Shown here one piece after another: positions 18,225 through 27,848 of a stretch of 64,000 bases of DNA. Every line of letters begins with the position of its first letter. The first letter of the stretch is position 1. Made by a program: the position numbers and the translations under genes. The notes beneath the pieces were generated by a model that did not search any database, was not told where the DNA came from, and saw only the letters and a program-made list of their open reading frames with translations. The stretch comes from an uncultured Gemmatimonadaceae bacterium (GTDB lineage Bacteria; Gemmatimonadota; Gemmatimonadetes; Gemmatimonadales; Gemmatimonadaceae). The DNA lies in NCBI GenBank assembly GCA_963761305.1, contig CAVXGK010000002.1:2016001-2080000 (forward strand). Reading direction: 5' to 3'.

Positions 18225-20720
18225 ATGCGCAATCTGAAGTTGGCTTTTCGGACGCTGTTCAAGACGCCCTTCGTCACGGTCGTCGCGGTGCTGTCGCTGG
18301 CGCTGGGCATCGGGGCGAACGCCGGGATCTACTCGCTGTTCAACGAGATTTTGCTTCGGCCGCTGCCCGTGTCCGACCCGACGCGGCTGGTGAACTTCAA
18401 GGCGCCCGGTCCACAGTACGGCAGCAACTCGTGCAACTCCGCCGGCGGTTGCGACGAAATCTTCAGCTATCCGATGTTCCGCGATCTGCAAAAGGCCAAC
18501 ACGGCCGTGAGCGGGATCGCCGGACATTTCCTGTTCGGCGTCAACGTCGCGATGGCGGGACAGACGCCGGTCAGCGGGCGGGGAGTCTACGTCTCCGGCA
18601 ATTACTTCTCCGTCCTCGGACTCCGGCCGGCGCTCGGCCGGCTGTTCTCAGCCCAGGACGATGCGACGATCGGCAGCAACTACGTCGCCGTGCTGAGCCA
18701 CTCCTACTGGGAGAATCAGCTCGGCTCCGACGCGAACGTCGTCGGCAAGCAGATCACGGTCAACGGCCAGCAGATGACAATCGCCGGCGTGGCGCCGAAG
18801 GGGTTCAACGGCACGACGCTCGGCGAGCGCCCCTACGTGTTCGTTCCGCTCACCATGCGCGGAGTGCTCACGCAGGGTTGGACCGGTTACGAGCGACGAG
18901 ACAGCTACTGGGTCTACCTCTTCGGGCGCCTCAAGCCCGGTGCGACGATCGATCAGGCCCAGAGCTCGATGAACACGGTCTATCACACACTGATCAACGA
19001 CGCCGACGCGCCGCGGCTCAAGGGCCTCACCACGAAGATGATGGACGAGTTCCGCGCGAAGAAGCTCGTGCTCGTCGACGGGCGCAAAGGACAGAGCAGC
19101 ACGATCAAGGAATCGCGGACGCCGGTCACGCTGCTGTTCTCGATCACCGGCATCGTCCTCCTCATCGCCTGCGCGAACATCGCCAATCTGCTGCTGGCGC
19201 GCGCCGCGAATCGGACCATGGAGATGGCGGTGCGCCTCTCGCTCGGCGCGACTCGCCGCCAACTCATCGCGCAGGTGCTCACCGAGTCGGTGCTGCTGGC
19301 GACGCTCGGCGGCATTCTCGGTCTCGTCGTCGCGCATTGGACGCTCGTCGGAATCACCGCCATGCTGCCGGCGCAGGAAGCGGCGTCTATCACCTTCTCG
19401 CTCGACGGCCAGGTCCTGCTGTTCACTGCGGTCGTGTCACTGGCCACTGGCCTCGTGTTCGGCATCGCGCCGGCGCTGCAGAGTACGCGCCCCGATCTCG
19501 TGACGGAGCTGCGCAACAACTCGGGCAAGCTGTCCGGCAGCCGGAGCGCCGCGCGCTTCCGCGCGACCCTGGTCACGGCGCAGATCGCGCTCTCGATGGC
19601 GCTCCTCATCGCCGCCGGGCTCTTCGTGAAGAGCCTGCGCAACGTGAGCCGCGTCGACCTCGGCGTGAACATCGACAACCTGGTCACGTTCGGCATCGCG
19701 CCCGGACGCAGCGGTTACGATTCGACGCGCGCGCTGGCGCTGTACGGCCGGCTCGAGCAAGTGCTCGGTGCGCTCCCCGGCGTGACGGCCGTGACGGCGT
19801 CCGCCATTCCGCTGCTCGCGGGCAACAATTGGGGCGAAGGCGTGGCCGTCGAGGGCTTCCACAAGGAGCCCGATACCGATGCCGGCTCGCGCTTCAACGC
19901 CGTCGGCCCGAACTACTTTCACGTGCTCGGCGTGCCGGTGCTCGCCGGGCGTGACTTCACGCCGTTCGACGAAGACGGCTCGATGAAGGTAGCGATCGTG
20001 AACGAAGCGTTCGCCAAGAAGTTCGGCCTCGGCCACAACGCGGTCGGCAAGAAGATGTCGATGGACAACGATTCGCTCGACCTGACGATCGTCGGGCTGG
20101 TGAAGGACTCGAAGTACTCCGAGGTGAAGGGCGAGATTCCGCCGGTGTTCGTGCGCCCATATCGCCAGTCAGGCCGCGTCAGCACGATCACGTTTTACCT
20201 GCGCGCGTCGGCGTCGCCGGTTCAGATCCTGCGCGCCATTCCCGCGGCAATGAAGCAGGTCGACCCGAACCTGCCGGTCGAGGATCTTCAGCTCATGCCG
20301 CAGCAGGCGGCGGACAACGTTTTCCTCGATCGAATGATCACCACTTTGTCCGCGTCGTTCGCCGTACTCGCCACGCTGCTCGCCGCGGTGGGACTCTACG
20401 GCGTGCTCGCGTACTCCGTCGCGCAGCGCACGCGCGAGATCGGCGTGCGAATGGCGCTCGGCGCGAACGGGGTCCGCGTGCGGAGCATGGTGCTGATGCA
20501 GGTCGGTCGCATGGCGCTCGTCGGCGGCGTGATCGGCATTCTCGGCGCGCTCGGCATCGGCAAGGCGGCGCAGTCTCTGCTCTACCAGCTCGACGGGCAC
20601 GATCCCGTCGTCATCGTGGTGTCGGCGGTGACGCTTGGACTCGTCGCGTTCGGCGCGGGCTTCATTCCCGCCCTGCGCGCCAGCCGCATCGACCCGATGC
20701 AGGCGCTGCGCTACGAGTAG
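18225..20720 (+). CDS. ADOP-type duplicated MacB/FtsX ABC permease
   Basis: LALGIGAN, LLIACANIANLLLAR, RTREIGVRMALGA, IDPMQALRYE. Confidence 0.93.
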   Translation: MRNLKLAFRTLFKTPFVTVVAVLSLALGIGANAGIYSLFNEILLRPLPVSDPTRLVNFKAPGPQYGSNSCNSAGGCDEIFSYPMFRDLQKANTAVSGIAGHFLFGVNVAMAGQTPVSGRGVYVSGNYFSVLGLRPALGRLFSAQDDATIGSNYVAVLSHSYWENQLGSDANVVGKQITVNGQQMTIAGVAPKGFNGTTLGERPYVFVPLTMRGVLTQGWTGYERRDSYWVYLFGRLKPGATIDQAQSSMNTVYHTLINDADAPRLKGLTTKMMDEFRAKKLVLVDGRKGQSSTIKESRTPVTLLFSITGIVLLIACANIANLLLARAANRTMEMAVRLSLGATRRQLIAQVLTESVLLATLGGILGLVVAHWTLVGITAMLPAQEAASITFSLDGQVLLFTAVVSLATGLVFGIAPALQSTRPDLVTELRNNSGKLSGSRSAARFRATLVTAQIALSMALLIAAGLFVKSLRNVSRVDLGVNIDNLVTFGIAPGRSGYDSTRALALYGRLEQVLGALPGVTAVTASAIPLLAGNNWGEGVAVEGFHKEPDTDAGSRFNAVGPNYFHVLGVPVLAGRDFTPFDEDGSMKVAIVNEAFAKKFGLGHNAVGKKMSMDNDSLDLTIVGLVKDSKYSEVKGEIPPVFVRPYRQSGRVSTITFYLRASASPVQILRAIPAAMKQVDPNLPVEDLQLMPQQAADNVFLDRMITTLSASFAVLATLLAAVGLYGVLAYSVAQRTREIGVRMALGANGVRVRSMVLMQVGRMALVGGVIGILGALGIGKAAQSLLYQLDGHDPVVIVVSAVTLGLVAFGAGFIPALRASRIDPMQALRYE

Positions 20721-20726
20721 CCGCGC

Positions 20727-21236
20727 CTAGATAAGACGCAGCCGGTAGCCGACGACGCGCTCGGTGCCGGGCGGCTGAAAATCGTTTTCGGGGGCGCGCT
20801 CGAACCCCATGCCCTCGTACATACGAATCGCCGCCTGCATGCTGCGCGACGTGTGCAGCCCGATCTCGGTCGCGCCCGACGCACGCGCGCGCCGAAGGCA
20901 CTCGTCCATCAGCGCGCGGGCGATGCCGCGGCCGCGCGCCGGTGGATCGACAGCGACGAGCCTGACCTCGGGCGCCGTGACGCGAACGCCGAGCCCCTTG
21001 TACGCGTCGTCCGACGGCGGAAAGAGCAGCGCGCTGCCGACGATCGTCTCGCCGTCGACCGCGACGATGCGCTGCATGTCCTGACCACTCGCCAGTCCGG
21101 CGTCGATCGCGTCGCTCAGCGCAGCCCACGACGTCGCGTCCATGATCGTCGCGTACTGGGCGTACGCGCGACGCGTCAGCTCGCGGATTGCTGTGAGCTC
21201 ATCCGCCCGTGCGTCGCGGATCGTGAGTGTTGCCAA
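20727..21236 (-). CDS. GNAT-family acetyltransferase
   Basis: VAVDPPARGRGIARAL acetyl-CoA motif, AAIRMYEGMGF; TTG start at 21236 is tentative and overlaps the upstream gene. Confidence 0.85.
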   Translation of the reverse strand: MATLTIRDARADELTAIRELTRRAYAQYATIMDATSWAALSDAIDAGLASGQDMQRIVAVDGETIVGSALLFPPSDDAYKGLGVRVTAPEVRLVAVDPPARGRGIARALMDECLRRARASGATEIGLHTSRSMQAAIRMYEGMGFERAPENDFQPPGTERVVGYRLRLI

Positions 21237-23025
21237 TCGTGTCGGGGCGGATGGAGTCCGGGCGAGCGGAGGCCGGGGGCGGCCTAATAGTATCGCGCCG
21301 AACACTGTCGCGCCGTATGCTGTCGCGCCGCGCCATCTCGCGTCGAACGCTGTCCTGCCGAAGGGCGTCGTTCCGCAGACTATCGATGCGCGCGCTGTCG
21401 GAGCGCACGAGCGCCTGGCGGATGCTGTCGCGCCGGACGCTGTCGCGTTGCGCCTCGGCGCGGATCGCGTTGCGAACGCTGTCGCCACGATAGGCGTTCT
21501 CGTCGAGACTGTCGCGACGGGAGTTGACGTGATCCAGGCTGTCACGCTCGGCGATGTCGCGCGTGCGGCGTGCGGCGGCGAGCCGTTGCTGCGTGAGACT
21601 GTCGCGGAGCACGCTGTCCCGCAGCGCGTTGTCTCTGAGAGTGCTGTCTTGCGATCTTGCCAGGGAGTCGGCGACGATGCCGCTCGCCGCGCGCGCCGGG
21701 TTCGTCAACATGCTGTCGTTGCGCCGCACGTACACGCTCGAATCGACGACACCCGCCGCCGGCACCGTCGGCATTTGTTGCGCGACGATCGGCGCATTCG
21801 CCCGATGAACGCGTCCGGCGAGTCCGACCGCCAGCGCGATCAGCAAGACCATCGCCGCGACCGTGCCGAGCGCGATGACCGACTCACGCGTGCCCGGCGT
21901 ACGCAAGAGACGTTCGGGCGAGGCCGCCGCGCCTGGGCGCGCCGGGTCGCCCGTGAAGTGCGACGCGAATTCCTCGTCCAACGCCGCGAACTCGACCTCC
22001 GCCTGTTTGAGCACGTCGCCCACCGCCACGATCCCGATGAACGCCGACGCGTCGGGCGTGCGGTCGCCGGGTTTCGCGCGAAGCACTCGGTCGATCGCGT
22101 CGACGACCCGCGTCGCCAGATTCGGGCACAGCTCGGAGAGCGGCGGACGACTGTCGTCGTTCACGAAACGCTTGCCGGTGAACAGCGACCAGGCGAGCGC
22201 TCCAAGCGTGCGCGTGTCGGCGACTTCGCCGGGTAGTCCGGCGAGCGGAATCGTCGTGAGTCCGAGCGACACGAGCATCCGATTCGTGTCATGTTCGACC
22301 ACGATCGAATCCGGCGTCACACCGCGATGGACGATGTTGCCCGCGCGCGCCCAATCCAGCACGGCTTTGACGTCGTTGAGGATCGTCGCGACCTCGGCGG
22401 TTCCGGGACGATCGCCGCGGTCGAGGCGTTCCTGCAGCGTGTCGCCTTTGACTCGCTCCGAGACGAACGCGTACGTGTTCTTGTCGATCCAACTGCCCTC
22501 GAGCACGATCGGGACGCGCGGGTGCCGCATCGTGTTGCGCAATTGCACATCGGAGGCGAGGTGCGCCAAGTCGTTCGTGCCGTCGGCCGACGATTTGTAG
22601 ACGTCGATCACGACCTCGCCGTGGTCGTCGTTGCGCATAGCGACGTAGCGCCGCATGCCGCTCCCGCCGCGCAGCTCGCCGATCACGCGAAACTGTTCGG
22701 CCAGGGCGCCGATGGTCGGCGCATCGGCCGGCTTCTCGGCGCGCTTGTCCGAGTTCTTCTTGGCGCGCCTCGGCGCCGATTTCTCGGCGGGCTGCTTCGC
22801 CGATTGTTCGGCCGATTGTTCGGCGGTTTGTTCTGCCGATTTCGCTTCAGGTTGCTTCGCCGACTGCCCGGCGGTTTGCTCTGCCGGCTGCTCGTCGGGT
22901 TGCTCTGCCGATTGCCCGTCGGGTTGGTCGCCCGATTGTTCAGCGCGCTCGTCTGCCGGTCGCTCGGCGTCCTTGCCCGCTGAGCCTTTGGGTTTGTCGT
23001 CGGGCGAATCGGCGCTTGGACTCAC
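21199..23025 (-). CDS. Membrane-anchored Ser/Thr-kinase-fold protein with degenerate catalytic motifs and low-complexity repeats
   Basis: HPRVPIVL..FVSERVKGDTLQERL..IVHRGVTPDSI..ADTRTLGALAWSLFTGK kinase subdomain pattern; one TM helix; AEQ and RDS repeats. Confidence 0.8.
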   Translation of the reverse strand: MSPSADSPDDKPKGSAGKDAERPADERAEQSGDQPDGQSAEQPDEQPAEQTAGQSAKQPEAKSAEQTAEQSAEQSAKQPAEKSAPRRAKKNSDKRAEKPADAPTIGALAEQFRVIGELRGGSGMRRYVAMRNDDHGEVVIDVYKSSADGTNDLAHLASDVQLRNTMRHPRVPIVLEGSWIDKNTYAFVSERVKGDTLQERLDRGDRPGTAEVATILNDVKAVLDWARAGNIVHRGVTPDSIVVEHDTNRMLVSLGLTTIPLAGLPGEVADTRTLGALAWSLFTGKRFVNDDSRPPLSELCPNLATRVVDAIDRVLRAKPGDRTPDASAFIGIVAVGDVLKQAEVEFAALDEEFASHFTGDPARPGAAASPERLLRTPGTRESVIALGTVAAMVLLIALAVGLAGRVHRANAPIVAQQMPTVPAAGVVDSSVYVRRNDSMLTNPARAASGIVADSLARSQDSTLRDNALRDSVLRDSLTQQRLAAARRTRDIAERDSLDHVNSRRDSLDENAYRGDSVRNAIRAEAQRDSVRRDSIRQALVRSDSARIDSLRNDALRQDSVRREMARRDSIRRDSVRRDTIRPPPASARPDSIRPDTIGNTHDPRRTGG

Positions 23026-23192
23026 AGTGGCGGCCTCGTCCTATCGTTTCCTGAGATGTGGAAGCGGCTCCCGCGATTCTCGCGACACGTTGGCAGCCCC
23101 GAGCTGAACTTTGCGCTTTTCGTGCCGTCCCGATCGATTCGCGGGGCCGCCACGCCCCAGAAGATCACGAACCATTCCGCAGCGCCGACGCG

Positions 23193-24464
23193 CTACGGCG
23201 CGGCGAGATCGAGCGACGATTCCTCGGCGGACTGCGGATGAGTCATCGCGGTGACGCCCGCGGCCACCAACCCACAGACGAGCACTCCCGTCCACGTCGC
23301 CACGCTGCCGAACCGATCGAGCGCGGCCGTGCCGGCCCAGGGCCCGATGATCACCGACAGGCTGAACGTGCTCGAGTACGCACCCATGTACTCGCCCATG
23401 CGTCCGCGCGGCGCGAGATCGGCCATGTACGCCGTGCCGACGGGGAACGTGATCATCTCGCCGAACGTCCAGATCGCTACCGTCACGACGAGCGGCCCCA
23501 CGGTCTTGGCAACGCCCATCGCGCCGAAACCGACGGCCGTCAACACCATGCCAAGCACGAGCGCGCGACGATGCGGCCAGCGCGCCATCGCCAGGTTGAG
23601 CGGCACCTCGAGCGCGACGATCATCAGCGTGTTCACCGTGAACAGCGCGCCGAAAAACGACTCGCGATAGTGCAAGTCGCGCACGAGGTACACCGCCATC
23701 GCGCCCTGCGTCTGCATGAACACGAGACTCACGAGCACCATCGCGACGAGAAACGTGAGCGCGCTCTTGTCACGCCAGACGCCGGCGGCCCGCGACGAGC
23801 CACCGTCGCTCGGCACGACCGGCAGCTCGCCCGTCTTCGGGCGCGAGGCGCGCTCGACCAAGCGAATGTCTTCGGGTCTCAGGAGGAGCGAGAGCACTCC
23901 GGCCGCGGCAAGCGACGTCAATCCGTCCACGACAAACAGCATCGGAAACGACACGAGGGCGAGAAACCCGCCGACCGCCGGCCCGACGCTCATGCCCAGG
24001 TTCACGCCGAGTCGATTGAGGGCGATCGCCGCCTTGCGTTGCTCGGGGGCGGCGGCACTCGTGAGCGCCGTTATCGTCGCCGGCCGCGTCGCGTCGGCGA
24101 CCAACGCCCACACGAACACCAGCAGCACGACGACGCTGAACTGGTGCGCGAACGGAATCAGCACCAGAATCACGCCGGTGAGCGCGAGCGACGCGCGCAT
24201 GACGGTGAACGGTCCCACGCGGTCGCACAGGCGTCCGGCGATCGGCCCCGTGACGATGCCGCCGAGTCCGTACGCGCTCACGGCGAGCCCGGCGAGCGCG
24301 GGCGAGGTGCCCAAGTGCCTCGTCAGGTACAGCACGAGGAACGGCAGCGCCATCATCCCCGCGCGATTGACGAGCGATGTGGCGAAGATGATCCACACCG
24401 TGCGCGGCAGGCCGCGAAGGCCGGCCCACGGATTCTTGACGGGTGCGCGCAATGTGATGGGCAA
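23193..24464 (-). CDS. MFS transporter
   Basis: GRLCDRVG motif A; about 12 TM segments; start approximate (TTG). Confidence 0.9.
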   Translation of the reverse strand: MPITLRAPVKNPWAGLRGLPRTVWIIFATSLVNRAGMMALPFLVLYLTRHLGTSPALAGLAVSAYGLGGIVTGPIAGRLCDRVGPFTVMRASLALTGVILVLIPFAHQFSVVVLLVFVWALVADATRPATITALTSAAAPEQRKAAIALNRLGVNLGMSVGPAVGGFLALVSFPMLFVVDGLTSLAAAGVLSLLLRPEDIRLVERASRPKTGELPVVPSDGGSSRAAGVWRDKSALTFLVAMVLVSLVFMQTQGAMAVYLVRDLHYRESFFGALFTVNTLMIVALEVPLNLAMARWPHRRALVLGMVLTAVGFGAMGVAKTVGPLVVTVAIWTFGEMITFPVGTAYMADLAPRGRMGEYMGAYSSTFSLSVIIGPWAGTAALDRFGSVATWTGVLVCGLVAAGVTAMTHPQSAEESSLDLAAP

Positions 24465-24605
24465 GTGACAATGTACCCAGGCGCGGCTCGGCGGAGCAAT
24501 TCCAGCGATTCCTGAGCAATTCCGAAAGACGCGTCTCGACGACAAGTTTCCATGCGTCACGACGACGTCGCGGCTCTTCACTCCTCTTCAACCGAAATCG
24601 AATCG

Positions 24606-25157
24606 ATGACCGACTACGGCGCAGCAGAGTTGGCCAATGGCTTCCGAACCGTCCGCCGCAACACCATTCAGGTCGCGAACGACATTCCCGAGAGCAGCTA
24701 CGATTTCGTGCCGGCACCCGGCGCGCGATCGGCCAGCGAGCTGCTCCGTCACATCGCGTTCGCGTCGACATTCTACGAGGACATTCATCGCGTTCGCGCC
24801 ATCACCACGCTCCAGGGCTACGACTTCGGCGCCATCTCGCAGGCGGCCGTGTCGAAGGAACGACAGCCACGCGACAAGGCGGCCACCATCGCAGTGCTCG
24901 AGTCCCAGGGCGAGCGCATCGCCACGTGGCTCGAGTCGCTCTCCGATGATTTTCTCAACGAGACGTTCACCGATCCGATGGGCCAGAATCCCAAGACGCG
25001 TCTCGAGAACCTGATGTCGATCAAGGAGCACGAGATGCACCATCGCGGGCAGCTCATGCTCATTCAGCGAATGGTCGGCGTCGTACCGCACCTCACGAAA
25101 CAGCGCGAAGAACGGCAGCGGGCCCGGGACCGCGCGACGGCCGGCGCCGGCGCGTAG
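24606..25157 (+). CDS. DinB-family protein
   Basis: SASELLRHIA and EHEMHHRGQL His motifs. Confidence 0.88.
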   Translation: MTDYGAAELANGFRTVRRNTIQVANDIPESSYDFVPAPGARSASELLRHIAFASTFYEDIHRVRAITTLQGYDFGAISQAAVSKERQPRDKAATIAVLESQGERIATWLESLSDDFLNETFTDPMGQNPKTRLENLMSIKEHEMHHRGQLMLIQRMVGVVPHLTKQREERQRARDRATAGAGA

Positions 25158-25254
25158 GTCGAGTCGTCGTACAGCGGGCGGTCGGGCGGACGCGCGGCGA
25201 AACTTGCGTTCGCCCGACCCGTAGGGCGAGCAGCCTTTCTCCCGGAGTGGCGCC

Positions 25255-27729
25255 GTGAGTCCGTGGTCCGCGATGTCGTACGCGTTTCGCTCGCTGCGCC
25301 GTGCGCCGGGCTTCAGCCTGGCAGTCGTCGCGACGTTGACCATCGGGCTCGGTTCGGCCGCCGCGATCTTCGCCGTTGTCGACGCCGTGCTTCTGCGGCC
25401 GCTTCCCTACGGTCACGCGGAGCAACTCGTCGCGGCGTGGCACGATCTGCCGGGCGTCGGAATGGTGAAGGCCAATCAGACGGTCGGCACGTTCTACACG
25501 TACAAGCGACTCGCCCACACGATCTCCGGCATCGCGGCGTACAACGACGGCTCGGTGAACGTGACCGACCCGGACGGGCGCGCGCAGCCAGAACGGCTGA
25601 GCGTCGCGTACGTGACGGCGAATCTCTTTCCGGTGCTCGAGGTCACGCCGATGCTCGGGCGCGCGTTCACGGATTCGGAGGACGTGAAGGACGGACCGCT
25701 CGTCGCGATGATCAGCGAAGGACTCTGGCGCACGCGATTCGGCGCCGACCCGCACATCCTCGGCAAGAAGCTGTCGCTGGCGGAGCATCCGACGGAGATC
25801 GTCGGTGTGATGCCGGCGAGCTTCGCTTTTCCGAACGCGACCACGAAGATCTGGATCCCGCGTCGGCTCGATCCGAACGATCCGTTTCCGGGTGGGTTCA
25901 ATCGCGACGCCATCGCGCGACTCAAGCCCGGCGTCAGCGTGGCGGACGCCGAACGCGACTTCGCGTCCGTTCTTCCGCGCATGGTCGAGATGTTCACCAA
26001 CGTCGCGCCGGGCGTGACGACGCAACTGCTCGTCGACCAGGCGAAGCCGCGCCCGCGTCTCTATCCGCTGCGCGACGACGTCATCGGCGACGCATCGAAG
26101 GCGCTGTGGATGGTGGCCGCCGCGGCGCTGCTCGTGCTGCTCGTGACGTGCGCCAACGTCGCCAACCTGTTGCTCGTTCGCGCCGACGGCCGGCACCGCG
26201 AGCTCTCGGTGCGGGCCGCGCTCGGCGCCGGACGGGGGCGCGTCGTCGCGCACTTTCTGACCGAAGCCGGCGTCCTCGCCGGAATCTCGGCCGCGCTCGG
26301 ACTCGTCGCCGCGACGTTCGCCCTGCGGATGCTCGTCGCCGCCGGGGCGGCGCAGCTGCCGAGACTTTCGGAAGTTGGCATGGATTGGCGAACGGTCGTG
26401 TTCACCGTCGTCGTGACGCTGCTCGTCGCCGTGGCGTGCAGCGCGATTCCGGCGTTCCGTTTTCTCCGCGCCGACACGCTCGCGGGTCTTCGCGAAGGCG
26501 GACGCGCCGGCACGGCGGGCACGTCGCGTCAGCGGGCCCGAGGCGTGCTGGTCGCGGCTCAGATGGCGTTCGCGCTCGTCGCGCTCGTCGCGTCCGGGCT
26601 TCTCCTGCGGAGCTTCGAGCGATTGCACGCCGTGCGTCCCGGGTTCAACCCTGACGGTGTCGCGACGGTATGGGTCGCGCTCCCGCAGGTCCGCTACAAG
26701 AGCGACACGTCCGTCGTGCGTTTCTTCGCGAACCTCGCGGACCGCGCGAAACAGCTGCCGGGCGTCACCGCGTTCGGCGTGACGTCGCGCGTGCCGCTTC
26801 AGCCCGGGGGCACGGACTCCGATCCGATGCTCATCGAAGGCAAGTGGGATCCGTCGAAGAAGATCGGACAGCTGCAGCTCTACAGCAGCGCCGACGCGGG
26901 CTACTTCAAGGCGATGGGGATCTCGCTCGTCGCCGGTCGCATGTTCGACCGCATGGACGTGCAGCGGGGCGACGAAACGCTCATCAGCACGGAGACCGCG
27001 AGACAGATGCTCGGCGATTCCACCGGCGCGTCGGCGATCGGCAAGCGGTTTCAGATTCTCCCCAGCGGCCCGTGGCACACGATCATCGGCGTCGTGCGAT
27101 CGGCGCGCGATACGTCGCTGTTCGCGCAGCCGACGCCCGCCATCTACCTGCCTGAGTCGCTCTCGCCGGATTCGCTCTACGGTCCGGCACGCACGTTGGC
27201 GTTGGTCGCACGCACGGCGGGCGACGTCGTCGCCACGACCCGTTCGTTGCAGCAGATCGTGCACGAGATGGATCCCGCGCTGCCGACGTTCGACGCGAAG
27301 TCGATGCCGGCCACGGTGAGCGAGTCGCTCGCGCGGCTGTCGTTCACGATGATCATGCTCGGCGTGGCGGCGGCGGTGACGCTCGCTCTCGGCGTGGTCG
27401 GACTCTACGGCGTCATCGCGTACATCGTGACGCTTCGGACGCGCGAGCTCGGCTTGCGCATCGCGCTCGGCGCTCAGCCGAGCTCGGTCGCGGTGATGGT
27501 CGCTCGACAGGGCCTGGTGCTGAGCGGCGCGGGCATCATCGTGGGCATTGCGTTGCTCTCGATCGTCGGCCGGTTCGTGCGCTCGTTCCTCTTCGAGGTC
27601 GCGCCGATGGATCCAATCACGATCGCCGGCGCGACGGCGCTCCTCGCCGCGTTCGCGCTGCTCGCGAGTTGGATTCCCGCACGCCGAGCGTCGATGGTGG
27701 ATCCGACGGAAGCGCTGCGATCGGACTGA
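25255..27729 (+). CDS. ADOP-type duplicated MacB/FtsX ABC permease
   Basis: TCANVANLLL, RTRELGLRIALGA, VDPTEALRSD. Confidence 0.93.
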   Translation: MSPWSAMSYAFRSLRRAPGFSLAVVATLTIGLGSAAAIFAVVDAVLLRPLPYGHAEQLVAAWHDLPGVGMVKANQTVGTFYTYKRLAHTISGIAAYNDGSVNVTDPDGRAQPERLSVAYVTANLFPVLEVTPMLGRAFTDSEDVKDGPLVAMISEGLWRTRFGADPHILGKKLSLAEHPTEIVGVMPASFAFPNATTKIWIPRRLDPNDPFPGGFNRDAIARLKPGVSVADAERDFASVLPRMVEMFTNVAPGVTTQLLVDQAKPRPRLYPLRDDVIGDASKALWMVAAAALLVLLVTCANVANLLLVRADGRHRELSVRAALGAGRGRVVAHFLTEAGVLAGISAALGLVAATFALRMLVAAGAAQLPRLSEVGMDWRTVVFTVVVTLLVAVACSAIPAFRFLRADTLAGLREGGRAGTAGTSRQRARGVLVAAQMAFALVALVASGLLLRSFERLHAVRPGFNPDGVATVWVALPQVRYKSDTSVVRFFANLADRAKQLPGVTAFGVTSRVPLQPGGTDSDPMLIEGKWDPSKKIGQLQLYSSADAGYFKAMGISLVAGRMFDRMDVQRGDETLISTETARQMLGDSTGASAIGKRFQILPSGPWHTIIGVVRSARDTSLFAQPTPAIYLPESLSPDSLYGPARTLALVARTAGDVVATTRSLQQIVHEMDPALPTFDAKSMPATVSESLARLSFTMIMLGVAAAVTLALGVVGLYGVIAYIVTLRTRELGLRIALGAQPSSVAVMVARQGLVLSGAGIIVGIALLSIVGRFVRSFLFEVAPMDPITIAGATALLAAFALLASWIPARRASMVDPTEALRSD

Positions 27730-27848
27730 GGTCGTCGACGACTCCGCCGAGGGCCACGCGAGCCGTTGATCGGGAGCGCGGGGTTGGACTCACCCCGCGC
27801 AGGGGCTGATATTCCGGGACAAGCTCCTTCGTCCCGCTCCCCACCCGC

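Noticed and set aside
21142..22236. Long + strand ORF with VAP/DAV repeats, and the N-terminal extension of ORF 20727..21545
   Set aside because: Antisense or alternate-frame shadows of the RDS repeats in the pseudokinase.
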